Shown: one piece after another, positions 14,154 to 27,902 of the stretch
How positions within the stretch are numbered: the first letter of the stretch is position 1
Layout: every line of letters begins with the position of its first letter
Source: Nitrosopumilaceae archaeon
Lineage (GTDB): Archaea > Thermoproteota > Nitrososphaeria > Nitrososphaerales > Nitrosopumilaceae
Direction: 5' to 3'
Assembly: GCA_965207375.1 (NCBI GenBank)
Contig: CBDBMG010000003.1
Coordinates: 736,001 to 800,000, forward strand
Length of the DNA: 64,000 bases
The notes under the pieces: generated by a model
What the model saw: only the letters and a program-made list of their open reading frames with translations
Database searches by the model: none
Told to the model about the DNA's origin: nothing
Made by a program: the position numbers and the translations under genes

Positions 14154-16669
14154 GTGAACTGGATGCTGAATTGGGAGTGCGGGATGACAGAGAAAAGTAT
14201 TATTTATTATGGAGAGAGGTAGGAGTAGTTGAACAGCTGACTGAATACGGCTCCTCTACTACATCAACAGAAAGTGTTGTGATAGGTACGTAGGTATAAT
14301 ATATGCCTACAGGGGTACATATCTAATTGTTTGTGTACATGCATTTAAGCTTCATAACAGATTATTTTGTACTTATTTTGTTAGAGTTAGATAGTTTATT
14401 TAATGAAGCCTGGATCTTATTGTCCAAATCGGAAGAAATGAAGGATCAGCTGCAAGTGCTGGAATCATGATTGCACATTACAAATGATGAAACAAGGCAG
14501 CAGTGCATTGTAGAAGGAAAGTGTTTGGCAATAAAGCGGAAACTTGAGTCGCTTCAGGCAGATATGGAGATGTCCTATCTTAGTATAAAGAAAAAGCAAG
14601 TTGCTATTCAAAGTTTTGCAAGTAAATAAATAAATGTAGAATATAATATTGATTTACTGTCCATATGTATTAATATCTAACACAGCCTCTAGTAAACAAC
14701 GATCACATTTGAGAAGAGCCATAACATCAGAAAAAAGAAATTAACTAAATGTGTACAGAAATACAATGATTTATGCATTGAAGATGCAAATTATTGTGCA
14801 ACTTCTGTTTCTGCTGTTATAGATGGAGATTTTCCATGGTCTTTGCTTACAGGTTAAGTGGCATATACTCAGACAGCAGCTAGCTAATGTATAATCCTAT
14901 AGGTCAACGTCGCAGTGTTGATATTCAAAATAAATTACAAGCAGTTGAGATTTTTAATGAAACAGAGCGTTATAGAGAAGAAAGAGCATTGCTGATTGGT
15001 GAAATGAATAATCTCTTAAGATTTTACTACGGGGTGATACTGCCTTCTATTTCTCAAAGCATATCAGGTACCCATGCATGTACATGTACATACGTAGTTA
15101 CGTACATACATAAAGACAGCAGCTCATGCAATAGTATATACATGCATGCAGTCTTGCATAGTCAGACAATTTTACCTGTGGGTGTATGAAAAGGATATGG
15201 CAGAATAATGGCAGTGTTGTCACCCATGTAATTGGTACATTTTTGGGTATTATTTGTATTAGCTATTGTGCATTACGTATCACTTCAGAGGTATCACTAG
15301 ATTTTCTGAACAGGACTTCTATCATCATTGGCCTACGTCCTATACTAGCATATTATGAGCATGATACGTAATTTGGTTAATCATGCATTTGTATGATTAT
15401 TTGTTTAGAAAACGAAGAAATGTTACAACTGGACACTCATGATGGCACAGGAAGTCAAACTGATGAAGTAAGTTAAGTGTAGAACAAATGCAGAGAATCC
15501 TGTGTGGCTCCTTTGGCTCTTGCCTAGATTACATATGATACCCATAGGATTTAAGTCACTACTAGTCTGGGATTTTTCTACATTCAGTAGTTTATGTGTT
15601 TGAATATTTCTGACTCCCTGTTTAACAATTTTCTTTGTTGATCCATATGATTGTCCAAATGACATAGGATCATATACATACCATAAACGACTAATAAAGT
15701 TTTGCAAATTCATTTTGTCTGGCAAAATTTGGTCAGAAGCTATAACTGATATTATTTCTCCCATGCTCTGCATGTTATAGTGGGGCCGGCTGATGATTCC
15801 TCCCACTCAAAATATAATGGATGAAAAGTCACTGCATATGTATATATATATGTACGTACGTACATTAATACACATGTATTTATTATACCTACATATGTAC
15901 ACCTCTATATACTTATGTGGTGACTTACTGGCTGCACATGTAGAGATGTATGACATGTATTTATGAAACAAATCATGATCAGATGCCACTGTATACATAG
16001 TACGTAGCTATACTGGGTATAAATTATTTGTTTTGACAAATTGAATTCTCTCTGAAGATCATGTATATTATTCAATATAAGCAATTATGCAATATATAGG
16101 TCTAGAATATAAATTTTAATTTGCTGATGCAATTCAACAGAATATATTGTACAGCGGGTTTTGTCTGTGAGGTCCTAATTTTGCAAGGCATCACAAGATA
16201 GCAAATTTTAAACTGAGACAAAGTACAACAACAATAGACTTTTGTACGTATGTAGCTGTATGCAGTTCGCAAATGTAATATTACTGCTAGACTAGAAAAT
16301 CAACTTGCAAAAATTGAGGCACCTCACAAATATATACAGGAAGTTATGTATATGTTAATACATAAACAGTATACAGTTCATAACATTATTATATAATTTT
16401 TATTATTACATGATTAGGTGATAACAAGACGGTACCATTCAGTGAGCAGAGACACAACATATATTCAAGGCAAAGTAGCTTTACTATATAAGGCTAAAGA
16501 AAGAGCGCTGAGGCTACTGTCATCTGCTGTAGAAGTATTTAGACAAGTAGAGTTGAGAGGTGGAGAGGCTTTGCAATTATTGGAAATGGAGGATGAACAG
16601 GCGAGTCCAACAAGCGCTAGTGATGTGGATGATGACAGTTTGTCTAGTGGAGGATCTGATGAAGATTAA
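14154..16669 (+). pseudogene. Multi-exon remnant resembling the C-terminal region of KDZ (Kyakuja-Dileera-Zisupton) transposases
   Basis: GT-AG exons at about 14154-14285, 14386-14621, 14686-14851, 14903-15067 and 16418-16669 encode SSKQRSHLRRAI...YN...GDFPW...ERYREERALLIGEMNNLLRFY...GKVALL. There is an in-frame TGA at 14468 and a frameshift near 14735. Confidence 0.55.
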
Positions 16670-16826
16670 TCGTAGACTGATCATATAATATTATATATCT
16701 ATATTACCAGTAGCTACTTAGTATTGTTATATTACGTACGTATATTAAGTATATGCATATGCTGCGAGTGTTCATGCATGTATATATAATAATCATTCTC
16801 TACTGACTGTGTATACTGCACTTGCA

Positions 16827-17500
16827 TTTTCAAACCAGGCGCGCGCCGACCGTCGACCGCATGCCGGCGCGCGCCTGGTTTCTTGATATTACTTTCATGC
16901 GGACGTCGGTATGCGTGCGTGCGTGTGTGTCTGTGTGTCCGCCCCCCGGGCTATTAAAAACTATTCACGTGAAATGAAGTCTGAATAGCCAATTAAACAA
17001 GTCCTACTACTTTTCAGTTTCTCTGTATGGCATTTGCTATCGATACTGTTGATGGGCGGGGCCTTAGTAACGAAGCGCGTCGTGTGTTACTTCCAAAGAA
17101 GAGCAAGGTAATGGCGTACTTGCCGTTCATTACACGGTAAAAGCCGTTTAACCAGTTGTACATTGCTAACAAGACGGAGCGCTTCAGTTTTAAAAGTGGG
17201 CGTTCCGTGCGGGTTGCGAAGCTTATAAAAGAAGACTGGCCTATGATGTTACAGTAAGAATTTCGGCATAAAACAACTTTATACTACTTTCAAAAAGTTT
17301 TATCACTAAAGTACTGGAGTACAAAGCGGGTTTAAACAGAAGAATTAAATTCGCATGCGTTGCTATCAGATATGTGTTCCTTAGTGATGAGTCTCTGCTC
17401 ACGTGACTCACTGGTGACGTCATTAAGGACTATTACAATACATTGATTAACAATAGATTAACAGTTGTTTTAACTTACACACAGTGCCTGGTTTTTAGAT
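16827..17500 (+). mobile_element. Helentron/HINE-like non-autonomous element
   Basis: A 5' hairpin AAACCAGGCGCGCGCC...GGCGCGCGCCTGGTTT follows a T run, then a (TGCG)n(TG)n microsatellite, and a 3' sub-terminal GCCTGGTTTT at about 17486-17495. Confidence 0.6.
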
Positions 17501-17729
17501 GGTAATACGTCAACTTGTTAATCATGTGTGGTTATAGTATTATATATGTGACTGGATTTTGGAAAACAGACAATTTTGTCATATTTGACACCATTTATAT
17601 TTCTGTTTATTTCAGACACTCCAGATGGTTCTACTGGTTTAATAAGTGGTTAAATCATTAACACACAACTTAAATTACTATTTAAATTAAGCATAGGAAA
17701 TAGTTTAGAAGTAGCTATACGTACGAATA

Positions 17730-19366
17730 TCAAGACTCACGATAGTGAGTCGCGAGGCCAAGAAGAAGCAGCCGTACGCGACGAATGAGTGAGTTATTTA
17801 CACGTAGCACCGCTCTGAAATTTGAAAACGCTGTAACTAAGCCGCCACGACAGCTATCGCCTAGTTATTCAGGACTCAGAACGTTCTAACCATATAGAAT
17901 TAGTAACCCGACAATGGAGGAAATCGGCGCCACCAATCCTAAGTACCAGCCATTGCGAGTTTTATGGCACCCGTTCGTGCGCCCACGCTCGAAAAACCAT
18001 CCCCTTGGCACCTACTTACTCGTTTACTAAACAAATAGTACCTTCAATGTATGAAGAATCGTTGACCTGAAGTCGTTTGATATCCATGACACGAGTTTTC
18101 CGTACGCGCCTTATAAACTCCTTCCTGTAATCAAAAATATTTTAGGCGCCCGTCGTTTTTTTTTCTTTCTTCTTTCTTTCTTTCATTTTCATCGCACACT
18201 TTTTGTGCGCTTGCGCGTGAATTCCGGAATTTCTATTTAAAACACTCACACTTATTTGTCTAATAACTCACTCATTTCTGCATGGATTTCAACCAAATTT
18301 GTATCAACACTTCTCCTATGTATGCTCTACCAGAAACACAACTTTCAGCATAAAGCAAATATCTAACTATATTTGAGAGATACTTTTACACTGCATGTTG
18401 ATAGTTTCCATAACTCAGACCCCCTCTAAATCATTTGAATAAAATTTCAGATACACAAACTATATTGATATATGAATCTTCAGGATAAGTTTAAAGAAAT
18501 TGTGACACTTCAGTTTGTCAAAATTAGCCTTTAATGATCATTCATGCTTATGTGCCATGCAAGATAATTATACCAAACAACACAAGGTGAACAGTGGCCA
18601 CACATTATAAATAGGAGACCACTGTCCTGTTAGCATGCACAAAATTTATTTATAGCATTATAATATATCTTCTCCTGTAGATCAATCAACAGTACAGGAC
18701 ATGATGGCAATGATGTAGCCTTCATTGAGGTTCTTCACTGTTCTCCACCTATATACATAGCTAACAATTATAGTAATACGTACTATATATGTTCATTAGC
18801 TACTTGGGGGAAATACAAGCCGGGGAAACACCTAAAGTATTAACTTCCAGCTCCTCTCCCCTTTAAATTTTTATTACTCTGCATACTTCATATAAGGTTT
18901 CTTGTCAGGACTTGTTTATAATTGTAATCTATTTACAAAAAGCAGTGATATGCTAAGCAAAACAGCCTGGCTGTAAAAAAAGTGCGAGGCCAATCAGAAG
19001 CCACAATGGCTATAAGCGACCAAAATCTCTGATATCAACTAAGGCCAAGAAGTTGAACATTTTATTAAGAATCCTTTTACTTGAATGACATACAATAGTT
19101 TACAGGGCATTTTCACAACTATGATTGGCTTTGTCACTTGGCCACCTTTTTGTACTATCATCTTTTATAAGGTGGCCAAGTGACAAAGCCAATCATAGTT
19201 GTGAAAATGCCCTGTAAACTATTGTATGTCATTCAAGTAAAAGGATTCTTAATAAAATGTTCAACTTCTTGGCCTTAGTTGATATCAGAGATTTTGGTCG
19301 CTTATAGCCATTGTGGCTTCTGATTGGCCTCGCACTTTTTTTACAGCCAGGCTGTTTTGCTTAGCA
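17730..19366. mobile_element. 1637-bp non-autonomous Helitron-like element, copy 2
   Basis: Same length and termini as 8705-10341, flanked by GAATA|TATAC. By eye I found only one substitution between the copies (TTCTGATTGG vs TTCTAATTGG). Confidence 0.75.
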
Positions 19367-19555
19367 TATACTTGTTGTGTACAAAGACAGTGTTTACTTG
19401 AGCTCACCCTGGAAATCTGTTAAACATGTATATACATAACATGATAATACTATGTATCCAATACATTGTGACGGTACATAGCAAGTGCAGGACATTATGA
19501 TTTGGTGGCTATCTGATTAGTACTTAGACCCAACACCTATTATAAATTTCTTACA

Positions 19556-20545
19556 CACTGCAATATGAAACTAAGCTGATGTTACAAACATTTAAAAACA
19601 GCAAAAATTATTTTACACTTGATGAGTTTAACTCTCGATTGGAAAACTTGGAGCTCAGATATATGGAGTCCAAAAGTCGTCCCACCCTTCTTTCACATAA
19701 AACTTTAAATTCACAAAGCAATTCTTTGAAGCAAAATGGTTTGTGAATATTATGTACATTAACTGTTACAATTGTTTATTTGCAGCATCGCAAATGAACC
19801 TATTGGGGCATGTTTTACCACTGATTATTGGAGATTTTGTTCTTGAAGATGATCAGCATTGGGAATTATTTCTACAATTGATGGATATTGTGGATATACT
19901 GTTTTCACCAACCACTTCAGCTGATTTTGCTGCTTATGTATCTACACTTATCAGTGATCATCATCACGAGTTTTGTAAGTTATACCCTGAACACAGTGTG
20001 ATTCCAAAGATGCACTTTATGGTGCACATGCCACGATTAATGATTCAGTAAGAAGAAGTTTGTGTTAAGTGTATATAAGTTGTAATTTTTTAGATTTGGA
20101 CCCTTAGTTCGACATTGGACAATGAGATTCGAAGCAAAGCATTCCTATTTTAAGCAATTATCACATTCAATGGGTAATTTTATTAACATTACATTTTCAC
20201 TAGCAATGAGGCACCAGCAATATCAGTGCTACCTGAATATGAATACTAGTGATTTGTTTCAATGGTCTGATTGCATTGAAGTTGGAAAAGGTAATATAAA
20301 AAACTGGAAAATTCTGAAGGCTTTAATTTTCAATGATTTATGGAATAATATTTCAACAGTAGTATTGTTACAATGCTTATGACTAATTTTACTACTTCTC
20401 AACTGAATCTTTGACCTTTGAAATTTTCCAGTTTTATAGAATATGTATATATGGTTATATACGTATTTGTGAGTATTACAGGGTCGGTAGTTTCAAGTGA
20501 TAGACTGAAGGAGTATTTGGATCGTCCTGTTTCCAGCATTTTTAG
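19556..20545 (+). pseudogene. Intron-containing EnSpm/CACTA (CMC)-type transposase fragment
   Basis: Exons at about 19556-19738, 19786-20047, 20094-20290 and 20482-20545 join to give LKQNASQM...LPLIIGD...PKMHFMVHMP...FGPLVRHWTMRFEAKHSYFK. The 5' part is missing. Confidence 0.75.
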
Positions 20546-20664
20546 GTAAGAATAAAGTGCATTCCCAGATAGGATTTTCATATTTCAGAATTGGGCTGGA
20601 CAGACCAGATTATTAATACTGACCGTACTTTATTTTAGGATCAAGGCATTCAAATGATTTACTA

Positions 20665-22354
20665 CCGTATAGCGGATTAATTTTGAGGGGGGAATTTCGA
20701 GGATAGGCTAGTATAAATTGTTCGTGAATAAACTTTCGAGGATTAGCTTAGTGTTGTTTTAGTTAATCAAAACTAAAACTAAAAATAATTTTAGTAAAGC
20801 AGTTATATTTTAGTTAACTAAAACTAAAACTAAAACTAAAATTAATTGCAAGTCAGTACTAAAACTAAAACTAAAACTAAAATTAATTGTGAGTCAGTAC
20901 TAAAACTAATACTAAAACTAAAATTAATTGTGACTCGGTACTAAAACTAAAACTAAAACTAAAATTAATTGCAAGTCAGTACTAAAACTAATACTAAAAC
21001 TAAAATTAATTGTGAGTCGGTACTAAAACTAAAACTAAAATTAATTGTGAGTCAGTACTAAAACTATAACTAAAACTAAAATTAATTGCGTGTCAATACT
21101 AAAACTAAAATTAATTGCAAATCAGTACTAAAACTAAAATTAAAACTAAAATTAAATGTTAGTCAGTACTAAAACTAAAACTAAAACTAAAATAGAATGT
21201 AAATTTTTACCAAAACTAAAACTAAAAGCATAACTAAAACTAAGGGTAATTACGTCTTCAAATGGCATATATGATGCAACATAATGCTGTTTAAGCCTGT
21301 TTTAAGCCTGTTTTTACTCAATACTAAAACTAAAAATAGTTTTAGTAAGACATTTTTATTTTAGTTAACTAAAACTAAAACTAAAATTAATTCAGAAATA
21401 TTACTAAAACTAAAACTAAAACTAAAAGTATTTAGAGATATAACTAAAACTAAAACTAAAACTAAAAATACTTCAGAAATCTAACTAAAACTAAAACTAA
21501 AACTAAAAATACTTCAGAAATCTAACTAAAACTAAAACTAAAAATATTTCAGAAATCTAACTAAAACTAAAACTAAAACTAAAAATATTTCAGAAATCCA
21601 ACTAAAACCAAAACTAAACTAAAAATAATTCAGTAATCTTACTAAAACTAAAACTAAAACTAAAATTATTGAGCTAAATTACTAAAACTAAAACTAAAAC
21701 TAAAAATATTTCAGAAATCTTACTAAAACTAAAACTAAAACTAAAAATAATTCAGTAATCTTACTAAAACTAAAACTAAAACTAAAATTATTGAGCTAAG
21801 TTACTAAAACTAAAACTAAAACTAAAATTACAAGCCCTTACTAAAACGACACTAGATTAGCTAACACAACCTATTCACAGATAAAATTTGCTATAAGGTA
21901 ATCATCATAAGACTGCACGCTATCCAGTGGTTAATGGCACCCTGCGCTAAAAGTAGCCTGGTGGTCTGGCCATCCATGCTTTTCAAGTTCTGGTATAGCT
22001 CTTCAATATTTGTTTTCGCTCCAATTCTGTAAGTATTCCTTTACACTGACACTACTGCTCGATCGCCTGTAAATTTGGATATTTCATGCTTGGGCGGATA
22101 TTTGGTACACAAAATTGTAAACTTCCAGCAGGCCGCACTGCATGTAGCTGCAATGCCATGCTCAGCTGTAAATTCAGCTCTGCTTTTGCTGAATCCTTGG
22201 AATAAGCTCCACTCTTGTCTAGCGTGGCTTTCCACATCATCTGTCTCCCGTGACCACAACTATTCAGTAGTTTTCGTAGTTTAAATTTCAAAGATAGAGC
22301 AAAATCCGTGAAAACCTTGAAAATTTCCCCCCTCGAAATTAACCCGCTGTACGA
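20665..22354. mobile_element. Deleted pogo/Tc1-mariner-type element (CCGTATAGCGG termini, TA target) hosting a hAT MITE
   Basis: TA|CCGTATAGCGGATTAATTTTGAGGGGGG pairs with CCCCCTCGAAATTAACCCGCTGTACGA|TA. Confidence 0.75.
20749..21854. mobile_element. hAT-type MITE filled with (AAAACT)n repeats, 8-bp TSD
   Basis: TIRs TAGTGTTGTTTTAGT and ACTAAAACGACACTA; GATTAGCT at 20741-20748 and 21855-21862. Confidence 0.9.
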
Positions 22355-22680
22355 TAATCATCTCCAATACCCGGTTAAGTTTAGACTTCTTGTGGTGTGG
22401 TTGTGTAATTCGGGATGTTCATCAGATAAGGCGCCCGGCTATGTAGGTCTTTATAGGATGTAACGGCATTGATTAACATGTGGTTTATATCGGGTACAAG
22501 CCATATAATGATGAAGAGGACCAAGGCGCATAAGTTTATACTTACTGATGTTGAAGTTCATAATCAACTGCCAACAGATGGAGTTCAAGTCATTTGGAAG
22601 GCCATAGTAGATCATCATCGCTGTTTCTAATTACCTGAAATTTTAGTTTCATCTGTAAACGCATACATGACACTTGATAC

Positions 22681-23003
22681 TAGGGCTGAGCAACTATCTG
22701 TATACGTAGTATTCACTATCATGATACGTGGTTTGAGATTATTCATGAATAAGATAGTAGACTGCCCGACTATTTGAATAGTAATTTCTACAAAAATTCA
22801 TAGAAAATGTGCCAATAATAATGCAAAATCAAAACATATGGGTAATCTGACATTGATAATATGTGATAACTAGCTGTTTCTTTTCCTTTATATACTGAAA
22901 TACTAACTATATACGTAGCTAACTATCGTGATAGTATTCATAATCGTGAATAGTCAGTGTCTTACTATTGTGATAGCATTATTTTCACTATCGCTCAGGC
23001 CTA
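22681..23003. mobile_element. hAT-type MITE, 8-bp TSD CTTGATAC
   Basis: TAGGGCTGAGC...GCTCAGGCCTA; TSD at 22673-22680 and 23004-23011. Confidence 0.85.
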
Positions 23004-23285
23004 CTTGATACGACTTAAGGTACATAGCAGCTTGATTATTCACATGCATGATGAAAAGAAGAGGATCCAAAATGTTGATCCCCAGGGGACACTACAAATA
23101 ACTTTTCTGCTTAAAAGAAAATTGCTTATCCAACTAATATGTTTACCATGGATGCTGAATTTGGCTATAGGTTGTGTACTGAATGCTGGTTAGCTATATG
23201 TGTATGTTAGTAATATATATGTATACTCCAGACCCATAAAAGACATATATGTACATAGCCATACTACATAGTGTCACACATACAA

Positions 23286-23737
23286 GTAGAACCATTAGAA
23301 CCAATGGAATCATGGGAACCAGTGGAACGACCAGAACCAATGGAACCATTAGAACCAGTGGAACCATTAGAACCAGTGGAACCACCAGAACCAGTGGAAC
23401 CATGAGAACCACTGGAACCATTAGAACCAGTGGAACCACCAGAACCAGTGGAACCAATGGAACCATTAGAACCATTAGAACCAGTGGAACCATTAGAACC
23501 AGTGGAACCACCAGAACCAGTGGAACCAGTGAAACCATTAGAACCAGTGAAACCATTAGAACCAGTGGAACCACCAGAACCAGTGGAACCATTGGAACCA
23601 CCAGAACCAATGGAACCATTAGAACCAGTGGAACCACCAGAACCAGTGGAACCATTAGAACCAGCGGAACCACCAGAACCAGTGGAACCTTTAGAACCAG
23701 GAGAACCATTAGAACCAGTGGAATCAACCGAACCATT
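23286..23737 (+). repeat. 9/18-bp minisatellite (AGAACCAGT GGAACCATT/ACC)
   Basis: Directly visible; it produces repetitive ORFs in several frames. Confidence 0.95.
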
Positions 23738-23801
23738 GGCTATTCATTATAGCAATGTATTTATGTAATTATAATTAATATTTCGTGACTTTTATATCCA
23801 G

Positions 23802-24366
23802 AAACAGCCCAAAACCATGTGTCGGCGTTCATCAGATAATTCAGGCTGCACATCTGTTACTATCCATTCACATGGGATACAATACAATAAAACTCTTGGG
23901 TTGGTGAGAGGATATCAGAAAGGTACTATAGATTCTTTTTACTCAAACAAATATCTTCTTTATGGTATCAACGATGCATATGTTGATGGGGTGTCCATTA
24001 CGATCGGTAATCCTCGTAAACATGTCTGGACCTATGCATCAGGATTCTCTAGTGACCTAAGTTATGCTGCTTATAATTGTCCTTGCTCTGTTAGAAGCTC
24101 CTTCTTTTGTTCGTGAAGACTATTACTGCTCATCTGGTTGTTCAACAACTCCTGTTGGTGCTACTTACTACACCGATGACCCATTGTGGCAAGGAACTGG
24201 TTGCACCAACGCTAAAGATAACTGCTGTGCCGATGTTGGATTGCCCTGGTTCAATCGAGAGTTTCCCTTTCCACAAAATGACGACTTTGAAGTCAGGATC
24301 TGCTATAATCAAGTGTATGCTGATGAAGGCGTTCTGATTGATACCCTTGCACTGCTTGTGCAGTAG
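23802..24366 (+). pseudogene. Frameshifted terminal exon of a Cys/Trp-rich extracellular-type domain from a family expanded in demosponges
   Basis: GCTSV...VRGYQKG...YVDGVSITIGNPRKHVWTYASG...NCPC, then a frameshift near 24090, then PSFVREDYYCSSG...DPLWQGTGC...CC...PWFNR...DDFEVRIC...LVQ stop. Confidence 0.7.
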
Positions 24367-25267
24367 AAACAGGAGCTATAGTTATTATACTCTGTCAACC
24401 ATAATATAAATAATCACATGCATTATTTGAAAAACTCTAGTATAGCTAGCTATATAGTTATATTTCAACCAGTATTAGTTAATACATAGCTATACATCTG
24501 GTTCTGTAGTACATAGCTATGTTTTGCATCTAGCTGTTGTATATACATAGCTATATAGCTAGCTTTATCATTTTGTACACATACATTAGGCCATCAATGC
24601 TGCTATTAGTAAAATCAAAATGGATATATATTTACCTGTGGTCACTAGCTAGCTACAGGAACCAATAGTTATTATATTAAACCGGAGGTTAATAACAGTG
24701 GGAGATTGCACCACCTAGGTTTTGTGGTTAAACATTGCAAGTTTGAATACCAGTTCGGGATGCGTCTCTATTTTAGCTACTTATTTTTCTTTCAAGAATA
24801 TCTTTTCTATTTCCAAAATTTTGCTTATACGTAGCTACAACTACATGTATATCTAGCTATATAGGTATCTCAAAAACCATAACATCTTAGCTATACCCAT
24901 AAAACACATAACATTATATTACTACCCTTATTGAGCCCACATATGGTGCTTGCAGCCTTGCATTCCATACCGCCCCTTTACTGGATGTGCAAAACAATTG
25001 GCACTAATTAGAGTAGACAAATAATTGAATGTAACTTGTGAATTATAGGGAGTTTCAAGAAATCCTATACGTATTTAAAATCGAGTACGAAAACAGGTCT
25101 TATCTGCACATCCAAGTTTATGACTTTGAAGACACATACCGTATAGTAAAAAACTTTGGCGGTAAAAAAGTTTGGCGAATTTGGTGAATCCCCTACAATT
25201 CGCCAAAGTTTTTGTCGCCAATTGTTTCTAAATAATCACGTGATACAATTCTGTGCCACGCGTGTCA

Positions 25268-26702
25268 TAAAGTCTATCCTTCATTACTTTAAGTCTGCAC
25301 TAAAGGACGACGAAACGGATGTTTCTCTGCCTAACCCGCATGGACCTTTAAGCAGTAAGATGCCATCTGGAGCTATCGAAATCGCCAATAAGAAGGTGGC
25401 AGAAATTGTTGCGCCACCAACTGCAGCCGATTCGGAACCTACAAGTAGTTCCAGGAAGCGTTACATCAAGTTGACTCCAGCGCAAAGATTTACTGTTGGA
25501 AAACGGGCAGCTGAGCACGGAACAACAGCAGCAATGAGATATTTTTCTTACAAGTATTCCGGCAACTTCGCTTCGTTGAAGGAGACCACCGTCAGGAGGC
25601 TGAAGACTCAGTACCTAGAGCAAGTCTCTCGTAACGATAATTCACAACAAGGTGAAAGCATCCAAGAACTACCTCTAAAGAAAAATGGACGACCACTTAT
25701 GTTAGGCGAATAACAGGTTAGGGAATACATAAGGGATCTACGGGCTCAGGGTGTTGTTATAAATACAGCAGTTGTGTTAGGTGCTGCAGAAGGGATAATT
25801 ATGCACAAAGATGCAAACTTGTTGTCATCATTTAATTTGATAGAAGGCTGGGCAAAGTATCTACTGAGAAGAATGGGGTTCGTAAAAAGAAAGGGAACAA
25901 CTAAAGCAAAAGGATCTGTTGAACACTTTGAAGAGGTGAAGAGAAAATATCTACAAGACATGGAACTAGTCATCGCCATGGATGAAATTCCAGACGATCT
26001 TGTTGTTAATTTTGATCAAACAGGGGTACATTATATTCCGGTTTCAGACTGGACGATGGCTGAGGAAGGGGCAAAACGGATAGAAATTGCAGGCAAAGAT
26101 GACAAAAGACAGATAACTGTGGTCTTTGCTGGGTCAATGGGTGGCGAGTTTTTACCTCCACAATTGGTATATGAGGGGAAAACAACACGCTGCCTGCCCC
26201 ACTATAGCTTTCCATCAGGATGGCACGTGACTTATTCGGCCAACCATTGGTCAAATGAAAATACGATGAATGAATATCTAGAGCACATTATTTTACCATA
26301 CATCCGTAATAAGAGGGCACAACTGAAACTTGCTGAGAATTATCCAGCATTGTTAACTTTCGATAATTTCAAGGCACAATGCACTGCCCCCATCCTGACC
26401 CTCCTTGATCAAAATAACATTAATGTTGTCCTGATCCCCCTAATTGTACCGACCGGCTACAGCCTTTAGATTTAAGTGTCAATAAGTCAGCAAAATCTTT
26501 TCTGCGAAATGAATTTCAAACTTGGTACGCTAAGCAAGTTTGCTCACAGTTACAAGGACAGTCCGAGAATAAGCCTGTTGATTTAAGGCTTAGCATAGTC
26601 AAGCCCTTAGCAGCTGAATGGATGAAATCTTGTTATGACTACATCAAAAGCAAACCCATTATTATTCAAAATGGCTTTAGAGAAGCTGGAATCTTGAAGT
26701 GA
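25268..26702 (+). pseudogene. pogo-family DDD transposase (disrupted)
   Basis: An HTH-like N-terminus and GRP motif precede NFDQTG...KRQIT...TFDNF...LQPLDLSVNK. There is a stop at 25711-25713 and a frameshift near 26440. Confidence 0.88.
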
Positions 26703-26853
26703 CTACCTCACACTTTATAACAGTTGTGATTTCCAATAATTGATAATTACCAATACTTTAATCATACATTATATATATGCTAATCAATTTCATATATATA
26801 TATAGTACATTTGATCATTGATTTGTATAATATTATGATAAGATACTGTACAT

Positions 26854-27902
26854 TTAATAACATGGAAAAGGGGATATTTGCTTTTGATTAAAGCAATGTA
26901 CCAGATGCATTCTCATAGCAGATTGATCTAAGTTTTGCTTACTAGGTTGTAATCCAAAGGCTATAGCTGTTGCAAAGGCAATAGCAAATAACCCACAATC
27001 CTTTTTCCCTTTTTGTTTCTGACAGCGGCCCATTGTTATCTGTGGTTTTGGTGAGTTGGTAGTACCAAAAAGATGATGAATGATTCTGATTGTTTCCTTA
27101 TCACAATAAGTAAACAATGAATCAAAAGCTTTTACCTCTCCTAGCTTGCAATTTACAGTGGTGACTGTAATCCAGTGGTGTCTTTCATGACAATGAACAA
27201 TTTGGACATTATTCACAGGGTTGTTTTCTGCAGTAGCTTCTCTCCTTTCCTGAAAAAGCGTGGATCTGAGTCCATTTAATCCAGGATGTTGTGTCTTTAG
27301 CAACTCCTGTGCTAAGTTAATCTCAATGTCAGACAATTCCTGGCCCATTATGATTTGCTCTTCACTAAAGATTTTCAGTTTTTTACTCGGAGGAGATTGA
27401 TCAGTGTCTTGAGCTAGTTCAGTCAAGTCTATAAAAGGGTCAGAACCGTCAGATTCCATAGCCAATGCATCGCTAATGTCAGGGGTTGGTGTGTGAGTAG
27501 TACATTCTGCACTTTCTTTTGGCTTCATACCCAACACTGATTCAAATATACGCTTAGTCTTAGCCTTTTCTTTCTCTTCTGCTGCTACAAATGTTAAAAC
27601 ACAGGGCACCTCTAACCCCCCTTGAGGTAAGTCCGACGAATAGCGTCGGTGCCCATTTACTTCACAAAGTATCATTCCACCTCGCCTTAAAAAATTGAAC
27701 AGAGTGAAGATATCTTCTTAGCAATATGCCCCACAATTGTTTGTACTCCTCCAATATCTTTTTTGATCGCCACAGCATGGGTATCGTAAGCGTTTCAAAT
27801 TTCACGCTCGCACAACAGTTCATCACTGCGCGATGGGTTTTCCCAAATGGTTTTGTATTGATGATAACCTCTAATCATCGAATCCACGCTGAAACTGTAC
27901 AT
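26854..27902 (-). pseudogene. HIRAN-like domain fused to Ulp1/SENP (C48) cysteine protease
   Basis: The N-terminus reads MYSFSVDSMIRGYHQYKTIW...CERE.*NAYDTHAVAI...VGHI...GGLEVPC, with one stop and one frameshift. The C-terminus reads HHWITV...FDSL...QKQKGKKDCGLFAIAFA, with the H/D/Q/C catalytic set. Confidence 0.85.

Noticed and set aside
20749-21854. Interstitial telomere
   Set aside because: The unit is AAAACT rather than TTAGGG, and it is bounded by TIRs and an 8-bp TSD.
23194-23768. Collagen-like or hydrophobic membrane protein ORFs
   Set aside because: Gly recurs about every sixth residue, not every third. The ORFs in several frames reflect a 9-bp repeat.
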